A DNA stretch of 64,000 bases from Ophelia neglecta. Taxonomy: Eukaryota. How positions within the stretch are numbered: the stretch's first letter is position 1; each line of letters opens with the position of its first letter. The DNA lies in assembly GCA_965285935.1 (NCBI GenBank), contig OZ260661.1:62744001-62808000 (forward strand), written 5' to 3'. Below are positions 40,245-54,400 of this stretch, in pieces. Both the position numbers and the translations under genes were made by a program. The notes beneath the pieces were generated by a model. That model had not been told where the DNA came from. It made no database searches and saw nothing but the letters and a program-made list of their open reading frames with translations.

Positions 40245-40765
40245 AACCTATCTTAAACATTAGACCCTATCTAAAACCTGTCTAAAACCTTAGACCTTGT
40301 CTAAAACCAAAAAACCTATCACACACCCTAGACCCTATTTACAACCTTAGACCCTATCTAAAACTAAAGACCCTATCCCAAACATTAGACCCTATCTAAA
40401 ACCTATCTAAAACCTTAGAACCTGTCTAAAACCTTAGACCTTGTCTAAAACCAAAAAACCTATCACAAACCCTAGACCCTATCTACAACCTGTTTAAAAC
40501 CTTAGACCATATCTAAAACTAAAGACCCTATCCCAAACCTTAGACCCTATATTAAACCATAGACCCTATCTTAAACCCTATAACCTAATAAAACCATCTG
40601 ATACCCTAAACCCAAACTCAAACCTTAGAACTATCTAAAACCTATCTAAAACCTTACACCCTATCGAAAACCCTTGAACCTATCTATAACCCTAGAACCT
40701 ATCTAAATCCTATCTTAAACTCTAGACCCTATCTTAAACCCTAGAACCTATCTAAAACCAATCTA
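40245..40765. repeat. Degenerate A/C-rich tandem repeat (about 19-bp AAACCTTAGACCCTATCTA-like units) with a higher-order duplication
   Basis: Recurring TTAGACCCTATC and CTAAAACC submotifs; block ~40286-40396 recurs at ~40431-40550. Confidence 0.9.
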
Positions 40766-43700
40766 ATGACAAATAATGCCTTTATAAACCACAGGATTCT
40801 TGGCATCAAACTTGATCAAAGTAAAGCTGCAGTATGACTAGATTGTCCATGGACTTGACGGAAGAGGCCAACAGTACTACTGTCACATCACTACAGTTAT
40901 CTAAGACACAGTTTTCAGACAACTCATTCCGGGTTCAGACTTTGATGTATGGATGTAAACTAAAAGTCAGGGGCAAAACACTCGCATGTTAATAGTACAA
41001 TAGGATGGTTTTAGAGGGCGTGATAGCTTGTTTGAGGACCATCTTGGTGGCTTTGATGCCTGAAATGAGTGTCTACATGTTCAGTCTGCTGAGGGCATCC
41101 AACACTCATTGAAAGCAGGTTCTCAAACAAGCTATGATGTCTGACCAAAATAATTCTATTACAATATGTAGTATTAAATTAAATAGAAAACATAATGGTC
41201 AGCTGTTTGTATAACAATAATAGCTAAATAAAGAACCACCATCAAGCCCTTCAAAGTCATATTAACATTATTCATGCCCGCTTCACTCCTTCAGACATAA
41301 TTTGTGGACCTGGGTTTTTTTAATGCAGCTCTGATTGGTGGAATGAACCTGCAGGTAACATCCTGCTCTGTATTATTAACATGTATTCAGTCTTCTAATG
41401 GTTTATGACTGGTATAGAGCTGGTTATTCCGGAGTATTTAGCGGGGTATTGTTATTTGTACTGGACATCTTGATGAGCTTCAGCCATGCTGATTGCTAGT
41501 TTGTAGGTTACCATCCCCTATGAAATAGTTCTGTAAGAAGCCCACTTTGATCAAGATTGGTTTTGTTTGCTCAGTATTCACTCTTGTTACTAGTTTGCTG
41601 TCAGTAGTTTTTCATAAATGCAAATCTCTGTTGATTTCTGTCCCTGTCTCCTTTAAGCTCTTTGCAGTATTGTAATGATAATAAAGACATGACATAAACA
41701 ACTTCTTGAATATTCAGCAGTCCACAATGTACATGCTAGGTTTCAGTTGTAACATATCATAAGGAAACTAAATTAAGCAAAAATCTACTTGTTTAATGTT
41801 TTGTAAAGACTTAACAATTTCATAATACAAAAGGTCACCTTTTTTAAGAGGAGCCAAATGTATTTAAAATAATAACTCAGTGGTATGGACAGCGTAGTTG
41901 CCAAATCAGTGTAGCTCAGAAAGTCACCACTCATCTGGCCTTATCTTTATATTGGCTTTTTGAAGGATCTTGGCTATATTTTGTTCCTTCATTGACATTC
42001 TTATGACACACCACAAGGTGATTTTTCAGGTGCAGTGCAATGATTTATACCATTTTTTGGTACTGGCATCTGTACATTCAAATGCAGCTGTTGTCCGAAT
42101 CGGTGACCTGTCTACTCTAAATAAATTGTAGCAGGTATGGATGAAAATGGTAATCCATGGTTCATTTTACTGAGCTGAAAGGAGGAGATGGGGGTTAGAG
42201 ATTGTGTGTGGTCAGAAACTTAGTAATTTGCCACACTATCTCCAGAACTACCTGCCAGGCCCCTGCTGAAGACATGAAGGTCAGAGAAAAGTCTACTGGG
42301 ACAGCACCAAGGAAGTTCAAATAATGAGAAGTTGACAGAGTGTAGCGCGTTATGCCTCCCGCTTGTTAGCAATACACAAGCTAGAGATTGAGGTGGAACA
42401 TCTCCTGAAGCTCAATGCATGGTCAGGCCCCTCTTTGCCCTAAGCAAGATATTAGCAACCAGCTGGTGCGGAGTAAATGTAGAGCCCGTGGAATTAATTC
42501 AATAGCCTCTCCAGTGGTTACCAATAGATATTTGTGAGTCATGATATATCTACTGTCAATAAATTGAGTAGGCTGAAAGGATTTAGGGAAAGAGTCTTCA
42601 GCTCTTTTTATCCTTAACATTATTCAAAGGCCCAAAGAACAAGCATTTCGAGGGTAGTGTGGTTCAATTAGGTCGATTGAAAATAATTTTATGGGCTTTT
42701 TCCCAGCATTGATGTGATTTTATGAAGGCATCAGCTGCTGAAAATTATCAGCAAGAAATATATAAACCCTCTGTTCAGCTATTATTTATGGAATGTTCTT
42801 TTTTAACCCATTCAACAAAGAGTGGTGGGGTGCTTGTAGAACTCTTCTCGTTGATAAAGATTTGGCCAGGGGAGCTGGCCATATTGATATCATATTAATG
42901 ATTCTTCACTCTGCCGAGTCCTAATCATGGCCAACAGAATTGCACAACAAATGACTACATTTAAGCATTGTTTCCTTATTAATGTAATTACTTGTGGCTT
43001 TATTATATCAATTTATGATTAAGAAATATATTGACACTGTTGATATTGTTAATATTACCAGTGCTGTAATGGATCTCCACGGCTTAAGTTATTCTACCAA
43101 GCCTCCATTATTTGTGCTCATTGTTCAGGCGCTGTGCAACCTGATTGTAAATTTAAGTATCTTATGTGCTAACTGATCATTTCCTGGCTGACATTCAGGA
43201 ATAACAATAACAGTGCTGCTCAGAGGATGGTAATTTCTTTGATTTTTTACCTGTGTTTGTGAGTTAGGTCAGGTACTGTAGACTAGCATCGACGAAGATA
43301 AGATGGCCAACACCTTAGCTGCCCTTCCTGACTCCTCTGTCTACATCAGCTCTCTCCATGATTGATGGTCTAATTCTTCTCCAAGTCTGTAGTCAATAGC
43401 AGCTTCTTGATTCAGAAGCTTATGTAATCTACTTTGATCTGTTAGTTTTTCTCCTAGTTTCACCAACTGCTCCTGGATGACAGCTCCGATTTCCCATAAA
43501 GTGTGAATTGCTTTTGAAGGAAGCTATCAACGGTGAGGGAATCCACTTCATTTAAGTCTGCTTCATCAAACTTGTGAATTCTGTTTATCTGTTATTTCAG
43601 CAAAGGAAGTTAATGACAAACCTGTGAATTGTGGCCCTTTTTATTTGAATAAAAGGAGGATGTTCATCAGTGCTGGTGTATGTGTCACTTGGCCTGTTTT

Positions 43701-44320
43701 GAATGGCTGCGACTCGGTGATGGCCTGCCCTCATGTTTCCTATTTCTTACATGCACTTGGAGTCAAGACATGGAGAGTCCGTAGGAGGCACATCCTTGAC
43801 TACATCAGTTATAGAATTAAATTATCCGAGTGTGTTATCTGGGGTGTTTACAGTGAACAAAAAACCTATAGTTATACTGGAAATAAAGGTCATCATATTC
43901 AGGATCATTGCACAAAAATGCATTTTAGCTTTAGTTTGGTAGTTGGTTGAAGGAGACCTTGAAATACCATGCAGGTTTTTTTATGACACATGTGGGAAGT
44001 CAGTCTGATTCTGTAGATTCATTAGCTACGTTTTCTGGATCAAGCTGCTGGCTGGAACTATGGTTATTGATAGGTGCTCTAAATATTATATAATGAGAAA
44101 ACTCTCAGTGGAATAAAAAGTAAATATGCACAATTAAAATTTAATTGAAATACATGGAAAGCTGAAATATTATCACAGCAAAATAAAACCTACATAAATT
44201 CCCATTTCTCATGTCAAATTCTAGAAATGCTGAGTTTTAAATATTATTTTGTTTATAAATGGGCAATCTATTTACAGATGTTTTTGTAATTTCATGTAGT
44301 TCGTTCTAAAAGTTGGGGGC

Positions 44321-45499
44321 AGGAGGAGTGTACAGCCTCCTGAGGCTGACCTCTACCTCCAGGAGGAGTCTACAGCCTCCTGAGGCTGACCTCTACCTCC
44401 AGGAGGAGTGTACAGCCTCCTGAGGCTGACCTCTACCTCCAGGAGGAGTCTACAGCCTCCTGAGGCTGACCTCTACCTCCAGGAGGAGTGTACAGCCTCC
44501 TGAGGCTGACCTCTACCTCCAGGAGGAGTCTACAGCCTCCTGAGGCTGACCTCTACCTCCAGGTGGAGTGTACAGCCTCCTGAGGCTGACCTCTACCTCC
44601 AGGAGGAGTGTACAGCCTCCTGAGGCTGACCTCTACCTCCAGGAGGAGTGTACAGCCTCCTGAGGCTGACCTCTACCTCCAGGAGGAGTGTACAGCCTCC
44701 TGAGGCTGACCTCTACCTCCAGGAGGAGTCTACAGCCTCCTGAGGCTGACCTCTACCTCCAGGAGGAGTGTACAGCCTCCTGAGGCTGACCTCTACCTCC
44801 AGGAGGAGTGTACAGCCTCCTGAGGCTGACCTCTACCTCCAGGAGGAGTCTACAGCCTCCTGAGGCTGATCTCTACCTCCAGGAGGAGTCTACAGCCTCC
44901 TGAGGCTGACCTCTACCTCCAGGAGGAGTGTACAGCCTCCTGAGGCTGACCTCTACCTCCAGGAGGAGTGTACAGCCTCCTGAGGCTGACCTCTACCTCC
45001 AGGAGGAGTGTACAGCCACCTGAGGCTGACCTCTGCCTCCAGGAGGAGTGTACAGCCTCCTGAGGCTGACCTCTACCTCCAGGAGGAGTGTACAGCCTCC
45101 TGAGGCTGACCTCTGCCTCCAGGAGGAGTGTACAGCCTCCTGAGGCTGACCTATACCTCCAGGAGGAGTGTACAGCCTCCTGAGGCTGACCTCTACCTCC
45201 AGGAGGAGTCTACAGCCTCCTGAGGCTGACCTCTACCTCCAGGAGGAGTGTACAGCCTCCTGAGGCTGACCTCTACCTCCAGGTGGAGTCTACAGCCTCC
45301 TGAGGCTGACCTCTACCTCCAGGAGGAGTGTACAGCCTCCTGAGGCTGACCTCTACCTCCAGGAGGAGTCTACAGCCTCCTGAGGCTGACCTCTACCTCC
45401 AGGAGGAGTCTACAGCCTCCTGAGGCTGACCTCTACCTCCAGGAGGAGTCTACAGCCTCCTGAGGCTGACCTCTACCTCCAGGAGGAGTCTACAACCTC
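44321..45499. repeat. 40-bp minisatellite, 29 full copies plus a partial copy
   Basis: Unit AGGAGGAGT(G/C)TACAGCCTCCTGAGGCTGACCTCTACCTCC, head-to-tail with no spacers. Confidence 0.99.
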
Positions 45500-48400
45500 A
45501 GTAGATCACTATTTATGCTGGAGCATCACCAATGAATATGGACAGGGTGTGAGTTTGTATATGCTGAAGCCTCTGAGCAAGAGTATTAATTATACCATGT
45601 GGCAAGGAATTACAATAATCTAGCCAATTAAATATAATTATATCCTAAGCATGTTTCAAGATGCTTGAATATGCTTAATGCCTTTTTAAGGCAGCACACA
45701 TGTAAGGCTATCATGTACAGCATTTTGCATTCAAATCTGAACCAGGCCCAACCCATCATTCTCATCAGTCACAATACTGCCATCAATTTGCATATGGGGC
45801 AATGGAGGATGTTATAAACCCTCCATATAGCTCACTCTAATTCATACTAATGATTATTTCGCATGATGTTTCTTTACAGCTTTGCCATCCTGCTGGAATA
45901 CGTGTTGCGCAGTTGAGCCCTGGTGTTTTAAACATAATATTATTTCCACCACCTGTGACCCTCAGGAATCGAATCTGCAGTGAAAGCCGCATGCTCTGCA
46001 TATTGATACTAGATGCAAATATGCATCAGTGACAAGGGCCAGACAACGGGCTTTGTTCTGTTTTGAATAACAAAACTTGAAAACAGTTAATTCCCTCGCA
46101 GCTTGGCATTATGTTGTCACCAGATGTAGTTGATTTGCAATATGATATTTCATGAGCAGACAAACCCATCATATTAAGATCTCACAATACCCATTACAGC
46201 TTTCAAACAGTTGCAGAGAATTTTGGATATATTAACAATGATTCCAATATCTAGAACAATTTATTATTTACTGGTAGTCTTCAGACAAATGATTGCCATG
46301 TTTTTAAACAGTGCACTGTGTAGTTTCTTCCAGATAATAACTAATATAAAATTCATTTTTTCCTGATAAATACCTATATGGTTTCTTTATATTCAACCCA
46401 CATAAATATTTAGCTTGATGGTGATAATAGCATAATTCCACCTTGCCTGGCATAATAATTCCCCATTTGGCCATTAAACTGCCGCCAGGAGACCTCCCTC
46501 TGCTGCAAGCCGGTCATGAGTTTGGTGTGCTACCATTTCATAGCCTTCGATGAAGGTGGTGATTGATGACTCGGCCATTCTACACCCTACCATCATATCC
46601 TAAGAGGGATTTACGAGGAGCAGATGACCCTCAGTGACATCCCTACTCTTATTGCTCTGCTTGTTTCCACTGGCAGGCGTTTGCCGGGCTTCGGATAAAA
46701 TACAAGGCAGAAGTCCTTCTGCTTTGATGAGTGACAATTTTAGCCAGGCTTTTGTTTTTTTTGTCTGGTTAAAGAGTCACTGCTGTGGTGTGTTTTTCCT
46801 GGATGTATTATTATGCAAGCCACCCGGTTTCTCTTCTCAGCTGATGCTTTCGGCAGGCTGCACCTTACTTCTAAACGGATGTTTAGGTTAGTGGGTGACC
46901 TATCAATTGACTGGTCTCATGCATATCATTAGGCATCAAGTACCACTTCATGACCAGTTCATAACTTACTGCCTGATATTGTCAAAGAAAACAGTTTCCC
47001 ACCCTCAGCCTGTTATTGCTCATGTATTGCCTCAGTCTGTATGATGTGAGAGCATTGAAGGCCCAGCAGACCTGAATAATACATGGAAATTGCCATTTAG
47101 ATATGCGAGTGGACATACAAGCAGTTGGGGTTATGTGGTGGCGATGAAGAAGGTTGGCGCCAGGCTGGGTCTGTATGCCAGCCAGCAGATTACATGGGGA
47201 AAGCAGGAACAGAAATTTTGCTCTAGGGGGACCCTTGCCAATTTTCAGCATAGACATTAGCCCAAATCTTTGTCCAAAATTATGTGACTTAAGGCTTGGG
47301 AAATTTCCAACCAACAGTGGAGGTCATTCTCCATTATGGGCACCCTCTGAACTTGGTAGATAATATCCCAATTTCTGCGGCAATCCTCTGTCAATAAGAT
47401 TTTAAGTATCAGTTAATGCTGCCATGAACTAAAACTATTACCCTAAAGTGCCATAGAAAGGTTACCAACTGGTGTCAGAAGAAATTGACATCAAGCAGGT
47501 TATTGGAGCAATTATTGTGTTACTGTATTGGACATTCTTTTTCGTTCAGAATCTATTAATTCTTTTTTATATACCTATAATTCAACAGTGTCACTATACC
47601 TTGTATTAGATGTTAATTTGAAGTGTGTATTTAAGCAATTGATTTTCCTTCCTAGTGAGTGGTAAGGTAGAGGATGTGGTGTAGTGGATATTTTTGTTGC
47701 CTTACACCACCGATGTCTTTTTAAATGCCCTAGGGGGAGAATCAATCAAAGCGTTTAGGTAAATGTGTCCAAACCCCCCAGTTATCTGGATTGAAGTGTT
47801 ACCAGCTTTATTTCCTCACTGCTCTTGGTGGTGGTCTATTTGAAATGGCAGGCACTTCCGTCAACATCCTGGCTACAAAATAGCAGTTCCTAGAATTTCC
47901 TGGATATAGTGTGTCAGACCCTAATACTCAGGACATTGAGATGAAGGCAGGTGGACAGTTTCAAGCAGGAATACTATTGATCCCAGCTAATGCCATTAAG
48001 GATGAGGCGGCTTATTAGCTCTGAATTACAGTTGGAGTGATTCTGCTGCAAATCCCGCAACAAGTATCTGGATTATGAGCCGAATCTGGTAGTCCTTGTG
48101 TATGGACATTATATCTGCCGAATAGGTCAGTCCTCTTTCCAAGAGACCAGAAGATGTCTTTTAGCCGGGGAATGGCTGGCGTTATTGATTTTGGCCTGTG
48201 GTTGATCAGCTGCAAATAGTTTCCAGTTGGTCTGCCATCTAGTCTGCAAATTATCTATATGTGTTAGTGTATAGACCTGATAATGGCATGTCCCTGTCAT
48301 AAGCATGTATTTTATTGTAGCATCAGCTGATGTGGTCCTTTTTTTCTGAAGCAGTTTGAGAGCCAGGAGAGTTTTGGCCATTTCATGTTAGAGGTCTGTC

Positions 48401-51400
48401 CACAGGAGTTAAATGGGCAGCTTGCCCTGTGGATATTGATTCACCAGTGTTAGCAGTTTTGGATGGGAAACCTTGATGAGCTGGAATTACATGAATTATG
48501 TGAAGTAGAATGGGAGGCATCCCAGGAAGGGTATAAAGCAATGTATTTTGGCAGCATGGACCTTTGCACTGCATGCATGACCAGTGTTGGGTAATACCCA
48601 GGCCTTGCCATGCAATGGACAGACATGGGGGGGAACACAGTGGTATTGATCTCAGAGTTATTGCATGGAGGGATAAGCCAACTTGCCTAATGTAAAACTG
48701 CACCCTTTGCTCCGTTGGGCTGTGACAGTCTACCCAATTTAACCACATTTTAGAAAAAATGCGAATTTATCATGGCAAGGTCATCCTTTCCTTGTCAGGT
48801 TTTCCCAGGAAAGTTGTCAGAACTGGAAAGAGGCATTGAGTATCTCCTTTCTGAGTGGTGGGTAAATTACGGCAAAAGATGGTGGAAAGGCCCGTTCATG
48901 AGTGATGTAAAGGAGGATGACCCCAAAATGTCAGTACATACAATTGATTAACAAAAAGAAAACACATTTAGCTGTACATGTATATGATATCTCCACCACC
49001 TAGACCTTTCCTGTGGCAGTTGCTTGAATTGTGGCTCTAGATTTAACTCAATGCATTAGTTTTCCCCTGACTGTCACCTTGGCTGGCTGGCATGTTGGTA
49101 CAATGTTATTACAGAGGCCTGTTGAGAGACAGCAGGGCAGTCAGAGATGTCCATGTGAACCTGACCAGAATAGAAAATGGCACCTGTAGGTATAGGCCCC
49201 CTAGTAGCCGGTTCAGTGGCAAAAATCAAAATGAACGGACATCCCATTTATTGATGGGTAAAACCATTTAGCTGTGTCAGGAAAAAGTTACAGCAAGAGA
49301 GACTGGAGATTTTGCCTCTAACCTGCTATCTGCAAGGTGTTGTTTTTTCCTCATTTTTCTGACTTATTTTAATCAAGTCAGGGGGCCTGTTAACTGTCTT
49401 GTTATTATAACTTAGAACAGCTTGCTGTGTATGTACTATGGACTAGACTCTTCTAGATACTCTCTGCTGTGATGTCCACTTAATTTTTGTATGATTTTCA
49501 ATGTCAGATTTATCTGGGATGAGCAAATGGCCTCCCTATTAAAGTCAGTGTGCACTTACAGTATGTAAGCTACACAGTTTGTTGTAGAGGTATTGAGCTA
49601 TTATAACTAGTTAATAAGGTTCATACAGTAATTGGTTATGGTTAATTTTCAGTCATTGGTTTGATAATCCAAATAATGAATGATTGAAGATAAACATTGG
49701 GCCTTTCATATAACACCTTAAAACACCTCCAATGAGTTTCATAGTCATGTATTTTGTGTGCCTTCTGCAGCCAATGTTATTGCTTTATACGGTTGCAGCC
49801 GTCGTTCATAGTGTAATCACTTGTGAATTCAGCTGGCGCCACCTTCAGAGTTGGTACAAGCCTGACTTTACTACTCTGTCATACATGGGACATGCCTGGA
49901 GGAAAGGCGGCGGCCGAGCTCTAGTGATGGGTGCTAATGGCTGGCTAAATAGTGAACAGGGTCTAAAGGCGTAAGATGGGAGAAAATAATATAAACCCAG
50001 TGGTAGTATTTTCCCAATAAAAGGTAGTAGTACATGTTTTACATAGAAAACTTTATTCAACACTTTCTACCAGTTTTCTTTTTATAGTTCTTTGTGATTA
50101 GCCCATCACTATTTTTTCACACTATTCATGAAAGAGGTGTTTTCAGAGCTAATCTATGTTTGTGTACAGAACCATACACATTCTTGATGGTCGATGGCTA
50201 TCATGAAAAAAAGATGGGATGGTTTGTTTTTACATTACCATTACTCTGGCAATATACATGTACCCGGTTATACACTCCATCTGGTAGGATTAAGCACTCT
50301 TTCTATCATCTCTTTCCATGTGAAACATCAATTGAAATTCAGTCATCACCTCTAAGTATCAACATGGAATTTAAGGTCAACTGGCGATGGCTGCATAAAA
50401 GAGTTTTGCTCTTCAAATAAAGCAGCCTTTGTTTTATAGTTTGTGTTTGTAATCCTCAGTGGTTTGTATGTCATAGGCTTTAGGAGACATATAGGGGGTT
50501 ATGGAGCCACATGCGATTTTCAATTATTGTGGTTGGATGGTCTTCGTTTGTGGCTGACTGGTTCAACAAGAGGCCCTCATTGATGGTGGTCCCAGAGGCA
50601 GCTTGCTGCCCATGTCTGGGAGGGGGGAGACAGGCCACTGATCTGCCAAGGGGGTTGATACGCTGCTATAGAGGGTCTCACTGGGGGTCAGGGAGAAGAT
50701 AAGGCATTGACTGTGTACGTCCAGAGTCCAGCAATCCACCATGGACCATGGCAGAAGTCAGAGGGCACCGGATACATCAATCTCTGTGTCATTGTACAGC
50801 GAGAACAGGGTTACAGTCCCAGTGCTCAGTGACTACCAACGTCCCCAGTGTAACATCAAGTCCTCAATACCCCTGTGAGCTCCAATCACCTGGCTTTATC
50901 TCAAATTACACTGCCCAAAAGGGTACATCAGGGCTTGATGAAATGATTACCTACATATCTAATCATGAATTGATATATCATATACTAGTATTGATTTCAA
51001 CTCTCCCTTAATGCACAATATGTAGGCATCAATTGAGATCGCCTTATGCAGAGTGTGGCCCCTTAAGCAGCTGCACATAGAGTTTCCTGTATATTAGTCC
51101 GGTGGTCTGCCGCCTGCGCCAAGCTGATCACCTCAGCTGCTTCTTCTATTTCCTTTCCATTGCTCCAGGCAGGTGAGGGGAAATTAACTCCAATTTCATC
51201 ACCGCACCGTAGGTCAAAAGATGCTGATATTGTGTTGCCAGACGCAGGAAACTTTCTGGTGGGTTGCTCAGATTAAAATGGAATGGAAACCACTGAATTC
51301 TTGTCTTAAGTGAAGGGCACTTTTTTGCCTAAACACAATAATGCATAGTTAAAGAGAGGAAACTGTTTTGGTCAGTTTAGTATTGGTATCGATACACATA

Positions 51401-54400
51401 CTTATTGGATGATGTTGGAAGTCACCTTTCACATTTGAATCAATTTTTTCTTTTGCTTCAGAAAAGAAATTAGCTTTTAATGAAATGTTGAGGTAATGAT
51501 GGTTTGTCTGCTGTATTCTACAACAATCCATTTATCCTAATAAAAGAATGAATAAGCATCTAATTGTTTGAAACTACTCCATATGCAGCGCCATGTTGCT
51601 ATTAACCAGTTAGAATTCAATAAGCACTAAATGGTGTCAGAAGGTAATGGTTTGATGTCACTTTCTGAAGCTCCTGAATGAATATTAGCTGATTTGGCAT
51701 TGATCAGTAGCTTTCCATTGGATATTGTTGTGGGGAGAATAATCCTGAATGTATTGTGTATAGCCATTGTTAGATAGAGTAGCGCTGGACATGAACCATC
51801 ACCCTAATATGGGCTCTCCCTGTCTCTCACTCCTCAGTTTAAAAGGCAGGCTTTGTATATATGCAAATGGTCTTAAGTGTCACATACAACTAGACCATTC
51901 TGTCGGATCAACAATGTCTGCTTGGAACAGTATATTGCCCAGAATAATGGATAGAAGACTGTCGCTGAAGACATGTTTGAAGGCTCCATTCAGGGAGGTA
52001 GAGATTAGAAAACCCTGGGCATGTCTTGGTAGTCATTGGGAGGCAGAAAGGCTGCTTAGGAAAGTGTTATTGACACACTCTCTTTGCTTGCTCTCTAGAA
52101 AAGTCAATGAGATTCCACTTGATGTGGATTCTCGATGCCAACAACTTCCTAGGATGATTACGCAGTGCCATGTAATTCGTACTTGCCTGGAGCATGGGAA
52201 TTGTGAATGCGGGAAGTTGCTGGTGAGAACAGTGAATGTCCCTGTTGCCCCAATAGGATTCATCTTGTCAAAAAGGCAATGCCGGTGTTGCCCTGAATGT
52301 AAATGAGTGCAGATTTTTAGTAGTAATTCCATTTGATGTCTAATCTTCCTCTATCTAATATTTTATTGTGTACTTATCCTTGATTTCTTGATGTTTTTGG
52401 AACATTTTTGTTCTGTAAAGATAAGACTTGGTTTAAGCCATCCTGTGCTTGATGTCTTATGGCTTATTCAGATTATAAGCTGTGTACCTATTGCTTGGTT
52501 TTATAATAATGGTGGCACCACACTGAGGGCAGATTGGTCATACATTAATTGGGGTTTGTTAGAATATTGACCGGATATTAGGCCTAATATTAGGCAGCTG
52601 CTAAGCCTGCCCTCTGTATGTTTCATAATCTTGAACAGAACAGATGAGAAAACAATAGAAGCCGCCACTAGAGATGTAGGTTATCATGGCTACTAGCTTG
52701 TTGGAATGGGTCACTGTTCTGGATATTGTCACCTGTAGGTCACACTAGACGGTAGACAATCCCAGGCCTGGTCCGGGCCATTGCTTTAGGTATCAGAACC
52801 AGATTGTTTTACTCACAGTTGCCTACCAGCTGAGCTGTGACTGAACAACAGATGACCAGAAATGAGACTGGTTTATGGCCAGGTGATTTAATAGCCATAT
52901 TTATGCTCATGATAGACCCCCAAGTTTCTCGCTGCCAACTGAACCATTTATCAATGATGATATTATGATTTATAGTTCTCTGCCTGTAATGTACTCTAAA
53001 GGCAACTTCATAGAGACTGGGTAAAAACGTGTGCTATTGTTTAGATATATACAGTATAAATTATATACATTTCTCTAGACATTCATGTGGTATTTGTTGC
53101 CTCCAGGTGCAGGGTATTTTCTTTGATTTCTAGCTATCAGTTTTGAGGTATGATACATTCCCATGGATAACAATGGGACAGCTAATATGCTCCCACTTCC
53201 CTAAGGGTTTTTGTGGTAATAAAATATTTAAGATATGCCATTTGAAAGGGTTTTGTTGACTATTTTGACAGATTCTGGTGGTCACACTGTGCAAATGCAG
53301 ACTGTCTTGATCATGGTGATTTTTAAATGTGACAAATTTAGCCAGTGCACAAAATTGGCTATGTTTAATAAATAGCGCTAAAAAATCTAGGCTGGCAGAA
53401 ACTTCACAGTAATGAAATAGACAAACTTTTTTTTCGACAAGTCAGTGCTGCGAGGGAAGGCTGCTAGGGTGATCTGGAAGACTTGACGCAATATTTGATA
53501 GATATTGCCTATTGCCTGCCAATTGCAAGTGACTTGGAATGGAAGTCTTAATGGAAGACTTAATGTCTCATTTTGGGAGATTTGTCACACGCATAATTGC
53601 TCCATAATTCATGGTTTACACTTCATAGCCTGGAAAATGGCTGATTATTTGTTCTATCTAAGACATTACTCTGGATTCTCTCTTTCAGTATGCGCTGCTG
53701 AACAAATAGGAAGGACAAGAGGCAAGAGACCTTGAATGGCTATCATTGAGGACTGTAGGCGACTTTCTGTTGATTAATACGGGCAAAATAACTGGGCTCA
53801 AATCCAACCAAACAATATAATAAGGATCTAAATTAACACTGATTAAAACCGCTGTGCCCTCCCTGCATGATATTATCAAGCCGATAAAAGGAACTCCTTG
53901 ATAGCAGGTTGTCCGTGACCAATTTATTACTCCTGCAATCGTCTTGCCGGCTATAAGCAAACCAATTTCCTTGCTGTATTGGCTAGGAGTAGATGCTTCA
54001 CAAAAGAAGACCATGGAACATCTCCATTGCCTGGCACAACAGTTGTATCTAAAGGTTTAAACCCACTCTGGGGACTGGCTATACTGTTTCATTCTGTTAT
54101 TAATATCGAGAATTGAGACCTTTAGCACATCCCTGCTTTTTCATATGATAACTCAAATATTCTTTCGAATAGGACATGGTGTTGTGGCAAATTGATTTGC
54201 CGTCTGCCTCGCAGCGGCTGTATACCCTGATTACAGAGTATTGTATTTATGCCTCACTATACATTTACAGGGTTGGATGCCTTCGATTAAGCTCAGGTCT
54301 TCAAGAAATTGTGTATGATTGGTTGATAATAAGGCCCGGCCCGGTAGAGCTGGTCTTTGAGCTGATTGCTGTGTAGCTGCAGAGGTCAGATAATGAGCAG

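Noticed and set aside
44321-45499. CRISPR array (palindromic ~40-bp repeats)
   Set aside because: Units are head-to-tail with no unique spacers, there are no cas genes, and the context is a eukaryotic intron.
51767-52306. Longest non-repeat ORF (179 aa) and the other 60-130 aa ORFs in the track
   Set aside because: They have no recognisable domain, many use non-ATG starts, and their composition is typical of translated non-coding DNA.
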